A stretch of DNA of 63,981 nucleotides, the filler included, from Octopus bimaculoides (Eukaryota): NCBI RefSeq assembly GCF_001194135.2. It is 9 parts of 8 records of this genome, joined end to end, with 100 filler letters (N's around TTAATTAATTAA, not from the genome) between each part and the next. Parts side by side here need not be neighbours in the genome. Positions count along the whole stretch, not along the records: positions 1 to 18,543 come from NC_068984.1; 8 more parts are not named here. One strand, written 5' to 3'. Numbering within the stretch: position 1 is the stretch's first letter; each line of letters starts with the position of its first letter. A program made the translations under genes and the position numbers. The notes below the pieces were generated by a model. The model ran no database searches. It had not been told where the DNA came from and worked only from the letters and a program-made list of their open reading frames with translations. Shown here one piece after another: positions 1 to 12,470 of this stretch.

Positions 1-35
1 AGACGGAGGCATGGCGGGAGAAAGATCATCATCAT

Positions 36-76
<41 letters not shown>

Positions 77-164
77 CATACATACACTCACATACACACA
101 CATACACTCACACACACAGACATACACACATATGAGTATATGATGATGATGATGATGATGATGA

Positions 165-280
165 TGATCATCCATGCTGGCAGAAATTGGATGGTTTGAT
201 AGGATTTGATGAGTCTAAGAACTGCATCGTATGCTGGCATCTGCTTTAGCATAGTTTGTACAGCTGGATGCCCTTCCAAA
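165..280 (-). mobile_element. RTE-type LINE 3' end or derived SINE, decayed
   Basis: catccatgctggc... and tacagctggatgcccttcc match the other copies of this family (850-1318, 10945-11090, 17880-18075). Confidence 0.6.
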
Positions 281-699
281 TATCAATCACTTTATAGCTA
301 TTTCTGGGTGCTATTTTAATGCCACAAACACTAATGAAGTTACCATGCAGCTCACAAGACTATGGACCCTGAATGGGCCATTTTATTCTCGGAGATGAGT
401 GGTTGATATGAGAGAGAAGTAGCCAAAGCAGAATAGGTTTCTTGGTGTAAAGAAGCTATGTAGCTACTCATATTTTAGAATGTGAGAGTATTGGATAGAG
501 CATGTACCATGCTTTTGCTCATTGTTTTAGGTGTTTAAGTAGTCACAAGCAAACATAGACACCATCTTAGTCTCCCACTCTACATTCAGTGAAATATCCA
601 GGAATCAAATTATGACCTTATGATTGTGAGTCAAACACACTAACCACTAGACCACATGTATGTATTGATGAATGTATATATGTTCTTCTCTTTCGCTTT

Positions 700-845
700 T
701 TAACTTGGTTTCAAATTTTGGCACAAGGCCAGCAATTTTGGGGGAGGGGCTAAGTCAATTACATTGATCCAGCATTCAACTGGTACTTATTTTATCGACG
801 TGAAAGGATGAAAGGCAAAGTCAATTGAAATCGTAATTGAACCAT
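700..845 (-). mobile_element. SINE family A (tRNA head, Nin-like central domain), 3' part, CpG-decayed
   Basis: ggcacaaggcc...ggtacttattttatcgac...ggatgaaaggcaaagtc aligns to the intact copies at 21761-21977 and 46220-46425. Confidence 0.8.
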
Positions 846-849
846 ATTT

Positions 850-1318
850 GATGACTGGCACCTGTGCCAGTGGATCACTAATAGCACCATCTGAGCATGA
901 TCATTGCCAGAGCAGCTGTCTGGCTTCCATGCCAGTGGCACGTAAATAGCACCATTTGAGCATGATCGTTACCAGCGTCACCTTACTGGCACTTGTGCCG
1001 GTGGCACATTAGAAAACATTTGAGCAAGGTCATTGCCAGTGCTGCTGAACTGGCTCCTGTGCAGGTGGCATGTAAAAAACACCATTTTGAGTGTGACCAT
1101 TACCAGTACCACCTGACTGGCCCTCGTGCCGGTGGCACATAAAATCACCCACTACACTCTCAGAGTGGTTGGCGTTAGGAAGAGCATCCAGCTGTAGAAA
1201 CTCTGACAGATCAGATTAGAGCCTGGTGCCGCCATCTGGTTCACCAGTCCTCAGTCAAATCGTCCAACCCATGCTAGCATGGAAAGTGGACGTTAAACGA
1301 TGATGATGATGATGATGA
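850..1318 (+). mobile_element. RTE-type LINE 3' UTR or SINE with about five ~60-bp internal tandem units and a (GAT)n tail
   Basis: Repeated ctggc..tgtgcc(a/g)gtggcac units, then gttaggaagagcatccagctgtagaaa and catgctagcatggaaagtggacgttaaacgatgatgat. The ggatgcccttcc motif is typical of RTE-clade 3' ends. Confidence 0.75.
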
Positions 1319-1539
1319 ATGAAGAGACAGATAAAATCCACCAAGCATTTTGCCCATCACATTAACTAATCTGCCAGCACACCACTTTCTTTCTCTTTTT
1401 AATTTAGAGTAAATTTTGACCTGCCACTAACTTGGTAGCAAGGTTGTAAAGGAAAGTATTTTGTTTTTTGCATCATCTTTTAAATCTTTAAGATTTAAGA
1501 AAATCTGCAAGACCTTTAAATCTTAAAGATTTAAAATTC

Positions 1540-1728
1540 AAAGGTCTTGCAGATTTTCACAATCCCAGATATTGTGATCAATTTGTAGTATATGAATTAA
1601 GGATTTGCATTTTGTCCCCATGATCCCAAGTTCAGTCATTCTTTGCTCTGGATGAGTTAGTATGTATCCTGTTGCTCCAATAATGATAGGTATGAAGCTG
1701 AAAGTGTATCTTGGGTACTGGATTTGCA
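1540..1728 (-). mobile_element. R4/Dong-clade LINE, C-terminal fragment
   Basis: Minus strand reads YTFSFIPIIIGATGYI...LG...VKICKTF across a frameshift, homologous to GTMKMCKTF at ~28140. Confidence 0.6.
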
Positions 1729-2529
1729 AATATATGTATGTATGTATGGATGTACGTATGCATGTATGTCAGGCCACTTGTGAGGTCTTTCATGAGTGCC
1801 GATGGTAACATGAAATCCAGTACAACTTGCTTCATGGCTGAGTCATTAGTGACTAAAGTGACACACCCACTAGGCTAACTAGTTGAGAAGGGTTGCTAGA
1901 AACCGTGCAGGACTAAAAACAAGATCTGTCAGAAGGATGGATGAACCAAGTGTAGGTTTAGCAGCTATCTATCAATAGCATGGGCACTCAGAAATTCTGG
2001 GCTGGTATCCAGCATGCTGGAAGGCCACTAGGAGTGAAGCATCCCTCATCTCAAGAAGTGACACTCATATAAAACCAGATATGCAGGAAATGACATTGGT
2101 CATTCTTGGGGATATTTTGCTTGTACCTAATATCCCATTTCTGAGTTTGTGACCCATATTGGCAATAAATATCTTGTAATAACTTATCTCTGGATCATGT
2201 CAATAGTGTGGAGAGTGTCTATGAGATGTTGTGCAAGCTTTATTGGACCTAAAATTTTACATAGGCATTGCTTTGTTAGTGATGGTTATACTTGTCTACA
2301 AGTTTACTGCTCTCAAGTATGTATACATGAATACAAGCATATATACATATGTGCCATTCAAGCATGCACAGATGGATGTATATGTGCATATTTTGGGAAT
2401 GTATATTGGTGAATGATGTAACCATTGGTCAAAAAACCCAACACAAAAATGATAAAAATCCCTTGTCTGATATCTATTCTATCTGATTTGCAATTGAGTA
2501 TTACTCATACAAATTTAGTTCTTTGAGAT

Positions 2530-2870
2530 TAGTTTGTTACAACTCTATCTGCTTCTACCAAAGTTACTTCAACTGCCTCTATCTCCACCTGTCTCTTTCT
2601 ACCTCTGTATACTTTTACTATCTCTGCTTCTGCCTGTCTCTAATTATCTCTGTCTACTTCCATGAAAATCAACTTGATCTGACTCTACCTGTCTCTATCT
2701 ACGTCTATCTACCTCAATTGAAATCGCTCTATTTGCCTCTGCCTCTAACTGTCTCTTTCAACATCTGTCTACTCCTCACAAAGCCACTCTATTTGCCTCT
2801 ATATGTCTCTATCTGCCTCTACATGCCTCTATCTGCCTCTTTCTATTTTTGTCTGCCCTTGTTGGCCTCT
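2530..2870. repeat. Degenerate CTCTAT/CTGCCT low-complexity tract
   Basis: Repeated tctatctgcctct-like units. Confidence 0.7.
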
Positions 2871-3691
2871 ATTAAAAACATTTTCTTCTCATTCTTCCCT
2901 GTTAACCATAAATTTTCATTTTTGCTTCATCTTTTTAACTTTAATTATATTTGATGTTCATCCTTAATTAGCAAACATTAAATTGAGTAGACATTAAGTG
3001 GCAAGTCTCTAATGACAGAGCAGTTCTCTTGGTCTTTACTGAGTGGAAACTGTGGGGGTAGACTGGGGCAATTTATGAGCAATCGTTGATTAAAAAACGA
3101 CAGCTTATGAAATTGTATTGAGACAGGAAATTTATGAAGCCTACTGAGTGTTTGTGCATGTGCGCATGTGTGTGTGTGTATGTGTGGGTGGGTGTGCGTG
3201 TGTGTGAGTGAGTATGTGTGTTTTTCAGTGTGTGTATGTGTGTGTGTGTATAGTGGGGGATAGGTGTATAAGGAAAAATGTAATAAAATCATTTAATATT
3301 TTGACTCTAAGAGAAGTATTTCAAATGAGGAATAATCTAGAAATGACACGGAAACTGTTAAGACATATAGTGTAGAGCCATACAAGCAACAAGGCAAGGA
3401 TATGATATTAGTTTGAGGAGTGATTTCTAAAATCATGCATTAGACTATTGACAGTTAAGAATTTCTTAGTAGTTTTTTGTTTTGTATTTCATCTGTTATA
3501 TGGTTCTTTAATATGTATATTAACAATGTTTCCATCAAAAATCCCCACTACTGTATTATGGCAGCTGTCGTGATTCATTTCAACAGATGAGACTGACATA
3601 TTCCTCAAATCCCTAATGTCTTTATGTAGTATAAAGAGATGGTACTTCTTTCATAAAACTTGTTATATTTCATGCATCAGCAATGAAATAA

Positions 3692-3692
<1 letters not shown>

Positions 3693-3730
<38 letters not shown>

Positions 3731-3774
3731 CACACACATACATAAATACACACACACTCACACACACACACACA

Positions 3775-3862
<88 letters not shown>

Positions 3863-4005
3863 CATACATTTGTTTTATTATCTAACATATATGTGTGTGT
3901 GTATGTGTGTATATGCATATATATATGTAGATAGCTATGGATAGATAGATACATATACATGTGTGTGTATGCATATGTATCCATGAACATATATACATGC
4001 ATAGC

Positions 4006-4038
<33 letters not shown>

Positions 4039-4086
4039 GTGTGTGTGAGTGTGTATTAATATGTATATATTTTTGATATATACTTA

Positions 4087-4128
<42 letters not shown>

Positions 4129-4130
4129 AG
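3693..4130. repeat. Compound microsatellite cluster (TA)n, (CA)n, (TCTA)n
   Basis: Seen directly, with near-pure (CA)n at ~3760-3856. Confidence 0.95.
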
Positions 4131-4563
4131 TGTATATAACTTTATATATATGCATACACATTCAGTGCATGCACATACACACACATGCGCATAGTTGTCA
4201 TAAGGGTATATGTGTTATTTTCCCCACTTAGTTCTCATTCAAATTTCACTGTTCAAAATATAGGCTTCTAAAAGCTAGAAGACAGAATAAATTTACTTTT
4301 TTCCAAATTTGCATTGTTAAGTGGTTGTTCCCATTCCATGTGTGTTTCTGTTCTTAAATGAACAATACTACATTATACATGACATATATATGACAATACT
4401 ACATCAGAAATGACATATATGCATGACAAGACTGCATCAAGTTAACTTTTGATTCCACAGTTATAATAGTTTCTTCATACAATACCATTTCTGCTGAAAC
4501 AGTATTGTGTGTGATAAGCATTATAATAAGCATTTTCAATTTTTTCTATAAAATGTCAAATGG

Positions 4564-4800
4564 TTAAACCTCTTTGTTTGTTACCATATCTCTGCTAAAA
4601 TACACTGTTTTTGTTTCAGTTAATTTTGAAAGTAATGAAAGATGCAATAAAATGACTTTGTCGTGATTTAGCTTGTATTGTTTGGGACATAGATTAACTA
4701 GAAATTTTTATGAAACCTTTTAACATAGTCCTCTTTAGAACAATAAATTTGTATCATCTAGAGGTGGTCTTAAGTGGGTTGGTATCAAATAGGCTGAATT
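4564..4800. mobile_element. piggyBac-like MITE, decayed
   Basis: Starts ttaaacctctttg...ttacc and ends ggtatcaaataggctgaa, a degenerate inverted terminus of the ttaaccct...agggttaa type. Confidence 0.45.
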
Positions 4801-5077
4801 AGTTGTTTTTTATGTGACAAATATCAACATCCCTATTGACGTACCACCCCCAAAAAGATATTTGAGAAAATTTTTGTCCCCTTCCCATCACTTTATTAAA
4901 TAAAAAGTCAAAATAGAGTTTGCATCCAAAGGATTCTTCTTTATTCTCAATAGTAGTGTATGAGCTTTAAATGTTTAAAACCATCTCAATTTTACTAAAC
5001 ATGGCAATTTGTCAGTCACCACCCCATTCCAGTCCTCACAAAGATGGGCAGCACCAACTCCTATGATGAACACTCGC

Positions 5078-5302
5078 TTAACCTTTTAACATTCAGATTA
5101 CTCAGGCAAATGTAATGCTTATTTATTCAAACTGTTTTGAAATAATTCTGCATTATCTCATAGCTTCAAGACTTTGATGATGTGATTGTCTATATTTGGA
5201 ATAACATTGAAGGGTAGGCGTGAAATGCTAGATCTGGCCAGTTTGAACATAAAACAGGTGGAATATTTGGGTCAGATATTGGTTTAAATATTAAAGAGTT
5301 AA
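5078..5302. mobile_element. piggyBac-like MITE
   Basis: TTAA at both ends with inverted termini ttaaccttttaacatt / aatattaaagagttaa. Confidence 0.65.
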
Positions 5303-5593
5303 ATGATTGTTATGCATTGCCTCTGTTGTTGTTGTGTAGCTTCTGATCAACCCTGGCTGAGTACACTTATGATCAAAAATTTTCCAGTCACAACCATCCT
5401 GACATATGTAGGACAATATTACCCAATGTATCCTTCATTATGTAATTTTGAGGGAAATTCGGTTGCTGTTTTTAGCTGGACAAGTGACTATACAGACGCT
5501 TTCCCATTGATTTGTTTTGCACAATGTTTATAAACGGTGTAGAAAGTAGGAGAAGAAAGTGTAGATCTGTATTACTTAGGTGTTCTGGGTATA

Positions 5594-5790
5594 CAGGGTA
5601 CCCATAAATGACCTTTACAATTTGAAAAATTAAGTAAAAAATAAAAAAATAATAATATTGGAAAATAAATAAAGTTTTATAAGAAGCAACACAACACTTC
5701 CATGTGGGCTTCAGTAGTTGCACACAGCATATCAACGTGATACAATACAATTAGTTGTGGAAATTGTAAAGCTAATTTATGAACACCCTT
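5594..5790. mobile_element. Tc1/mariner-type MITE
   Basis: ~30-bp imperfect TIRs (cagggtacccataaatgacctttacaattt / aaattgtaaagctaatttatgaacaccctt) flanked by TA on both sides. Confidence 0.75.
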
Positions 5791-6019
5791 TATGATGTTG
5801 TTATGTACACATACCTATTGTTCTTGCTTTTGTTGTTGTTAAACCTCCCAGGTCAGCCCTGATATGTTTAAGATTTTCCAGTCTTGACCATTCAACTTCA
5901 AAAGTTTTCAACTACTTGGCTATACCAGTGGATATTTGTACATGTATATCATGGGATTATGTATATCAAGAGGGCCATCAGTATACAAATATCATCATCA
6001 TTGTCACCACCACCACCAC

Positions 6020-6113
6020 CTTCTTCTTCTTCTTCTTCTTCTTCTTCTTCTTCTTCTTCTTCTTCTTCTTCTTCTTCTTCTTCTTCTTCTTCTTCTTCTT
6101 CTTCTTCTTCTTC
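6020..6113. repeat. (CTT)n microsatellite
   Basis: Pure trinucleotide run, immediately followed by an RTE-type 3' end on the minus strand (6117-6200). Confidence 0.97.
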
Positions 6114-6569
6114 ATTGAATGTCCGCTTTCCATGCTGACATGGGTTGTACGTTTTGACAGGAGCTGGCAAGCTAGATATCTGCACCAGGCTAGTACACAA
6201 CTCTCTTTCCCCTCCAGATGTCACAACCTTCATATTCCACCACATCAAGAATGGGAGAGCCATGAAGGTGTCTATGTTTGTTTAAGACTCCATAGACAAT
6301 TAGCAAAACTATGGTACGGGATACCAAGTTATACATACTTGCAAGTGATTGCTATGGCTTTTAGTTTTTCATTTTGGTTTTCATTCACTACCTTATTAGT
6401 AGGTTTGTCAAAAACTTTCATTACCATCAGTAATATTCTTAACAAGTTCTCCCAAATTGTTTCTGTTTGGATGTTTGGTCGTTAGGAATTAGTGGTGGTG
6501 AGTCTCTGTGCATAAGGATTAGTATGGATGTATTTCAGGTTGTGTTCAGGTGTGGTGTTATGCATAATG

Positions 6570-6591
6570 CATAGGTTCTGTGGTGATGTGG

Positions 6592-6635
<44 letters not shown>

Positions 6636-7060
6636 ACATGTGAGTGTACGTGTGAGTGTGTGGTGTGTGTGTCTGTGTGTGTGTGTCTATGTGTCAGTGT
6701 TGTGGTGGGGGTGTAACTTTATATTTAATTTTTCTCTTACTTGGATTATGATGGTAGTAAATGACATAACAGTTGATGTCTAAATTCCAATTAAAGTGCC
6801 TTGTTTATGGGTTGGAGGTAGATTCTTTATGGGAGGGAAATGGGAAAAATTGAGCCAGAAGATACATAAGATACATAGATGTGTACATACAAACATACAT
6901 GCACACATACACATGCATACGTGCACATTACATACGTGCATGCATGCATACATAATGCATACATTACATATACACATACATGCATACATACATACATGCA
7001 TACATGCATGCATAAATACTTCCATAATACATTTATATTTACATAGATTCTTACATACAT

Positions 7061-7092
<32 letters not shown>

Positions 7093-7433
7093 GCACACAC
7101 ACACACACATATACATAGATGCAAACATTACATGCACTTATGCTTGCAAATGTTACACACAAACGTACATACATGCATGTACACAGGCCTAAGGTTTATA
7201 AGGAAATGGGAAATACGATTGCATGATACACATGTTTTTCCCAAATCCATTACTAATCTAAGTGAACGGAAATATTTACACCTGGGAATCAAATCCAGGC
7301 TGCAGAGTTGCTTTGCCTGCAGCCAACCTCTTTCTCTGTGGTGTTTAGGCTGGATAAATAAAATATAACACGTACACACATGCACACACATATACACACT
7401 CAGACAAACATGCACAATCACAAACCAATGCAT

Positions 7434-7486
<53 letters not shown>

Positions 7487-7600
7487 TACATATATACATA
7501 TATATATACATATGTGTATATAATACATATATATACACACACACATGTATATATTTGTATGCATATACATATGTATATATTACACACACACACACAGACT
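6570..7600. repeat. Compound (TG)n/(CA)n/(CATA)n tracts
   Basis: Seen directly; source of several spurious ORFs. Confidence 0.85.
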
Positions 7601-8389
7601 TAAAGTTTTGCAGGCTTCAAACAGAAACCTGGCTCGTTTAGGCTTAGATTACCATAATCTAAGTCACATGGAGCCAAATAAATAATGTTTTAAATAATAA
7701 TGATAATAATAATGTACACACATATATATATAAATATATATATATATATATCAACCACATGCACACATACAACGAGAACAGTATCAACAACAATGGACAT
7801 ACACATGCATGCTTTTGCATACTTGTGTGACTTTAGCTCTGTTTATAGCTATATCATCATAAATATATAATTGGACTCACTTAAAAACCTGTCTCTCTTC
7901 TCGTTATCAACTCACACATGCATATACACACATACTCAAATATGCACAAGCTCACACACATACTCCGTCCCCATGTAATATACTCAAGAGATCACATAAA
8001 AGAGCCTCGAGATCAACACACGACCAGCTAGAAATAGCAGCCAAATTTTCCTTTAATCATATTTCCAGCATCTTTAAGTAAAGTCAATAGATCTCTTAGG
8101 TTGTTTTTCAGTTTTCTCAAACAATTGAAATATCTATGCACAAAATTATACATAAGTAACTGATATACATATGTACTCTTAATGTAATTCTGAAACAAAC
8201 TTAGAGGTACAATACATATGTGTGTGTGTGTGTGTTTGTGTGCATAAATGTGTATGCGTGTATATGTATATAAACATATATGCATATGTATGCATGTATA
8301 TTTATATTAACCTGCTTTAACTTGCTCAAATTTAAACCTCTTGAGCACTACTGTGTTCTATACAGAGAATATCTGATTCTCATCTGGAG

Positions 8390-8990
8390 ATAGAAATGAT
8401 GTTCGGAGATTGCAAAATGAGGATGCTCACTTGCAAACTGATTACCCTAAAGCAGGAGCTAAAAGCTGTCAGTGAAAAACTCGGACATCAGAAGAGAATA
8501 ACCAAGAGAAGAACAATAAACAAAAACCTTAACTGCGACCAGGCAGCAGTATACAGAGACATGAGAGGAGGAGCAATAAACATCACAGAAGCTCCTTCAC
8601 AAGAAGACATAGACTCCTTCTGGAGGAAAATCTAGAGTGAAGGGAAGGAATTTAACCAAGATGCTCTGTAGTTGGAAGAAATCCGGAAAAAGTTATTGCT
8701 CCTGCGTTACATCCAAGACATACAACGTTGATGGTGAAACTCTTGCAATTGTGATCCAGAAACTCCAGGATGGAAAAGCACCTGGAAGAGACTTCATTGT
8801 TGGATATTGGTACAAGAAGCTAACCTTATACCGACCACATCTTATCAATTTGTACCAGCAAGCTTTCATTAGGAATAGTAGCAGACCACACTGGTTAGCT
8901 CTGGCCGAGACAAAATTGATCACCAAATGCAGAACCACCCACATGGTAAAAAGACTACCAGCCAATTGCATGCGAAAAATTAATGTATAA
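8390..8990 (+). mobile_element. R4/Dong-clade LINE, fragment just upstream of and into the RT
   Basis: DSFWRKI, KAPGRDFIVGYWYKKLT, PHWLALAETKLITK match the R4-type KAPG.D....W.KKL and P.W...G.T.LIPK motifs. Frameshifted. Confidence 0.8.
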
Positions 8991-9002
8991 GATAATACCA
9001 GC

Positions 9003-9190
9003 ATGTTTAAACCTCTTCGTTATTTTTAGCGTAGAATAAGGCTTTCCAACGTAAACGGTAGGTGAAGTCTGTTAATTTCGCAGTCATCTTTTAGTGGAAT
9101 TGGTAAATTCTTTAATGGTGTTTCTATTGTTATTTGCTCCATTTTACCAACTTTTGAGTTTTTTCAGGCTAATGTTGCTTAGCAAGAAAT
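9003..9190 (-). mobile_element. Naiad-type Penelope-like element, N-terminal coding segment in inverted orientation
   Basis: From ATG at 9142: MEQITIETPLKNLPIPLKD, then RLRWKALFY in a shifted frame, matching the KNIPIP...RMRWKA..F N-terminal signature. Confidence 0.65.
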
Positions 9191-9194
9191 ATAT

Positions 9195-10850
9195 ATGCTA
9201 AAATTGCTATAGAAGAACTTACTACACAAGCTGAAAATTGCAAAAGAGAATTACTGCACACTCTGACAAAATCTGGAACTCATATAATTTGGATATTAAT
9301 TTATACCACTGGTTATTGCATAAAGAAATAACAAAAATATACAAAATTGTGCCTAATAACACTTTAAGATCTTTGAGCTTATCCGCCAAGAAGATTATGA
9401 CCAACTTACAACATAGAAGAGCAAACTGAACCTTTCACACCTTCCAGACACCTCATAACAATTAAGAACCATAAAAATAATTTCTTAACAGACATGAAAG
9501 TTAGACTAATCTGCCCTAATAAATCTGATCTATATAAGCTAAGTAAATTAATCTTAGATGAATATATCCCTACTATAAAAAACAAAATCTCTCTAGAATT
9601 ATGATCAAATACCCATGATGCCATTTGTTGGTTCTCCAATATCCAGAATAAAAATAGTTATAAGTTCCTACAAATAGACATAGAGAACCACTACTACAAT
9701 TCTAAATAGCACTCTGATGTTCACTAAAAACACACTAAATTGACAATGAATGAAATTAAGGTAATCATAGAAGCTAGGCAATCTATAATAAAATTCAATA
9801 ACAAACTATGGGTAAGGAAGGACACCTCCAATTATTTTGACATCACTATGGGAGCCCCAGACTCAGCACAGGTATCTGTCTTAGTGGATATTTACCTATT
9901 ATCACATTTACATGAAGAATTCCCAGAGATTAGAGAAGGCCTTACAGAGATGATGCATTATTTATCCTTAAAAACATCTCAAATAGGAGATTTGAACTAC
10001 TAAAGAAAAAATATATAAGTTCTTTAAATGGTTTGGATTAACCATCACGATAGAAAAACAGCATAATTCTATTAACTATTTAGACGCTAATTGTAATTTA
10101 ATCACCGGATTACATGAACTGTGCATTAAACCTAACATATTAATCCACATAGCAGCCACCCAAACTTTATTAAAAGTGGACTTGTATGGGGCATTAGTAA
10201 AAGAATTTTGTATCTCTCGTCCAATGAAGATATCTTCTATAAGTATAAGGAACACTAAAACATTGCATTGGAAAAAGCGGGTTATAAGCAATTAAGTATC
10301 TTTACTGGGAGCCTTATAAAAATAACCCAAATAACATGAATCTTCAAAATTATAATAATATGAATAATAGCCAAAATATCTATAATAATAATAATCACAA
10401 TAAGAATAACAATGACAATAATAGTAGTAATAATAATAATACCAACATTAGATATGATAACAATAGAAATACTAATAATGGGAATGATAGGAATACCCAG
10501 AAAAATAATAATAACAATAAAAATTAAAATAATACATCTAAAAGAATCAATAAAGTCCCTGTTAGTAATTATAATATCAAGATAAATAAAATACATAAAT
10601 CGAATGGTAACAACCCTACCAAAGCTGATAGCTATAATAATAAAAATAACAATAGAAAGAATAATAGTTATACCCATAACTTTACGATCTACAATAATAA
10701 TGAGGGCAGTTTTTACATCAAAACAAAAATATTAAAAATAACAAGTGGAATAAAGATAACATCTGGCTAATAATCCCCTCCACAATACAACTAAAAACCA
10801 GTATAGTTAAATCTATAATAAAACTTATAAATAAGCACTTCAATATGAAG
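9195..10850 (+). mobile_element. Naiad-type Penelope-like element, degenerate RT and thumb
   Basis: ITKIYK, FDITMGAPDSAQVSVLVDIYLL, decayed YRDD (tacagagatgat, ~9946), GISKRILYLSSNE...ALEKAGY, and a decayed IW..PP...KT.I...LINKHF at ~10760-10840. Confidence 0.8.
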
Positions 10851-11084
10851 TCAAACCATTCCACCTATGCCAGCATGGAAGGCAGACGTTAAATGATGAT
10901 GATGATGATGATGCTGTTGATGATAATATATATATATATATATCATCATCAACATCATCATTTAACCTTCATTGTCCATGCTAGCATGGGTTCGATGGTT
11001 TGACCAGGACTGGCAAGCTCAGAGGCTGCACCAGACTCCAGTTTGATTTGGCATGGTTTCTACAGCTGGATGCTCTTCCTAATG

Positions 11085-11090
<6 letters not shown>
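10850..11090. mobile_element. Two RTE-type 3' ends, tail to tail
   Basis: Plus copy ends in (GAT)n at ~10910; minus copy starts with (CAT)n at ~10945. Confidence 0.75.
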
Positions 11091-11119
<29 letters not shown>

Positions 11120-11376
11120 ATTTATTGATATTTGTGTTTATGTTCAATTATAATAAAAAGAACTTAACAATTTTACCTTACCTTACATACATTTGTAGAG
11201 TACAAATTTATTCTGCACAATGGGTTAGCTGGCCAAAACTTTGAAGTCCCTGTCAACAGGATTCTTGTATAAGAATAATGAATATATATAAAGAACAACT
11301 TTGTATAATATTTAATGTATATAATCACAGACAGGCATGATAGTATGGCTTTTGTCTGGGTACTTGGGTACAACAA

Positions 11377-11413
<37 letters not shown>

Positions 11414-12252
11414 TATCTATAGTCTTCCTACAGACACCTGCTTCTTTAATGTAAATCTCATACAGAATTAAGGTAACAATACATAATAAAACTGATATTT
11501 TGAAATGCAGGTACAGTCAATCCCATGGGATTTCACATAGTTTCTATCTCCACAATTTCATCAACAAAGCTTAGGTTGAGTCCTAACTATGGTAAAAGAC
11601 AATTGATCAAACAAGATTGAACCTGGGACCTTGCAATTGTAATGTGAAAGTTTTAACCACATAGAAGACCATGATACATTTAATATTGTATTATTATATA
11701 TTAAATACCCTTAAAAATGGATGGATGATCACAGCTGAAATGTCTTTGATCAGAGGTTTGCTGTATTAAGGTTGACCTAGAATTAAAATAACACTACGAC
11801 GATGACAACCACCACCACCACCACCACAACAACAACAAAACAACAACAATAATAACATATTGACACATGGCCTGTTTATCCTGCATTGAAAGTAATATTT
11901 TCAGTTTAAGAACCATTCCATCAATTAGTTACCATTTATGGCTTGAAGTAACAATAAGACTCTAAGACTGTAATTTTCCTGGTATTTGAAGCATGCCTCA
12001 TAAAAATGTTGATCATGCAGTTAGAGTGTGAACAATTCATTTAATCATTAGAACTTCTATTAGACTACTTTAGTATCAAATCATTGGCAAGGAATTTCTA
12101 CAGAATGCTATATAATCACACATTTACCAGTTCCATGAAAATATTTATGTGGCAGATCAGTTTTTCTATTGAACCATTTAATGGTGCGGTGCCGTAGCAC
12201 TATAGCATCCCACTCAATGCTAGTGTTTCCAATACATTTACTAAATCTAAGA

Positions 12253-12276
12253 TCTATCTATCTATCTATCTGTCTG

Positions 12277-12355
<79 letters not shown>

Positions 12356-12383
12356 GCTGTCTGTCTGTCTGTCTGTCTATCTG

Positions 12384-12420
<37 letters not shown>

Positions 12421-12436
12421 ATATATATAGAGAGAG

Positions 12437-12469
<33 letters not shown>

Positions 12470-12470
12470 T
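12253..12470. repeat. (TCTA)n/(TCTG)n/(GATA)n microsatellite
   Basis: Seen directly. Confidence 0.95.

Noticed and set aside
850-1150. CRISPR-like array
   Set aside because: The linkers are homologous to each other, there are no cas genes, the context is eukaryotic and the array lies inside a retroelement end.
9195-10850. Selenocysteine/SECIS as reported for some Naiads
   Set aside because: The endonuclease and 3' UTR are absent from this copy, so it cannot be assessed.
11420-11480. Apparent small exon (cctacAG...aag|GTAACA)
   Set aside because: Stops in all three frames and no other support.
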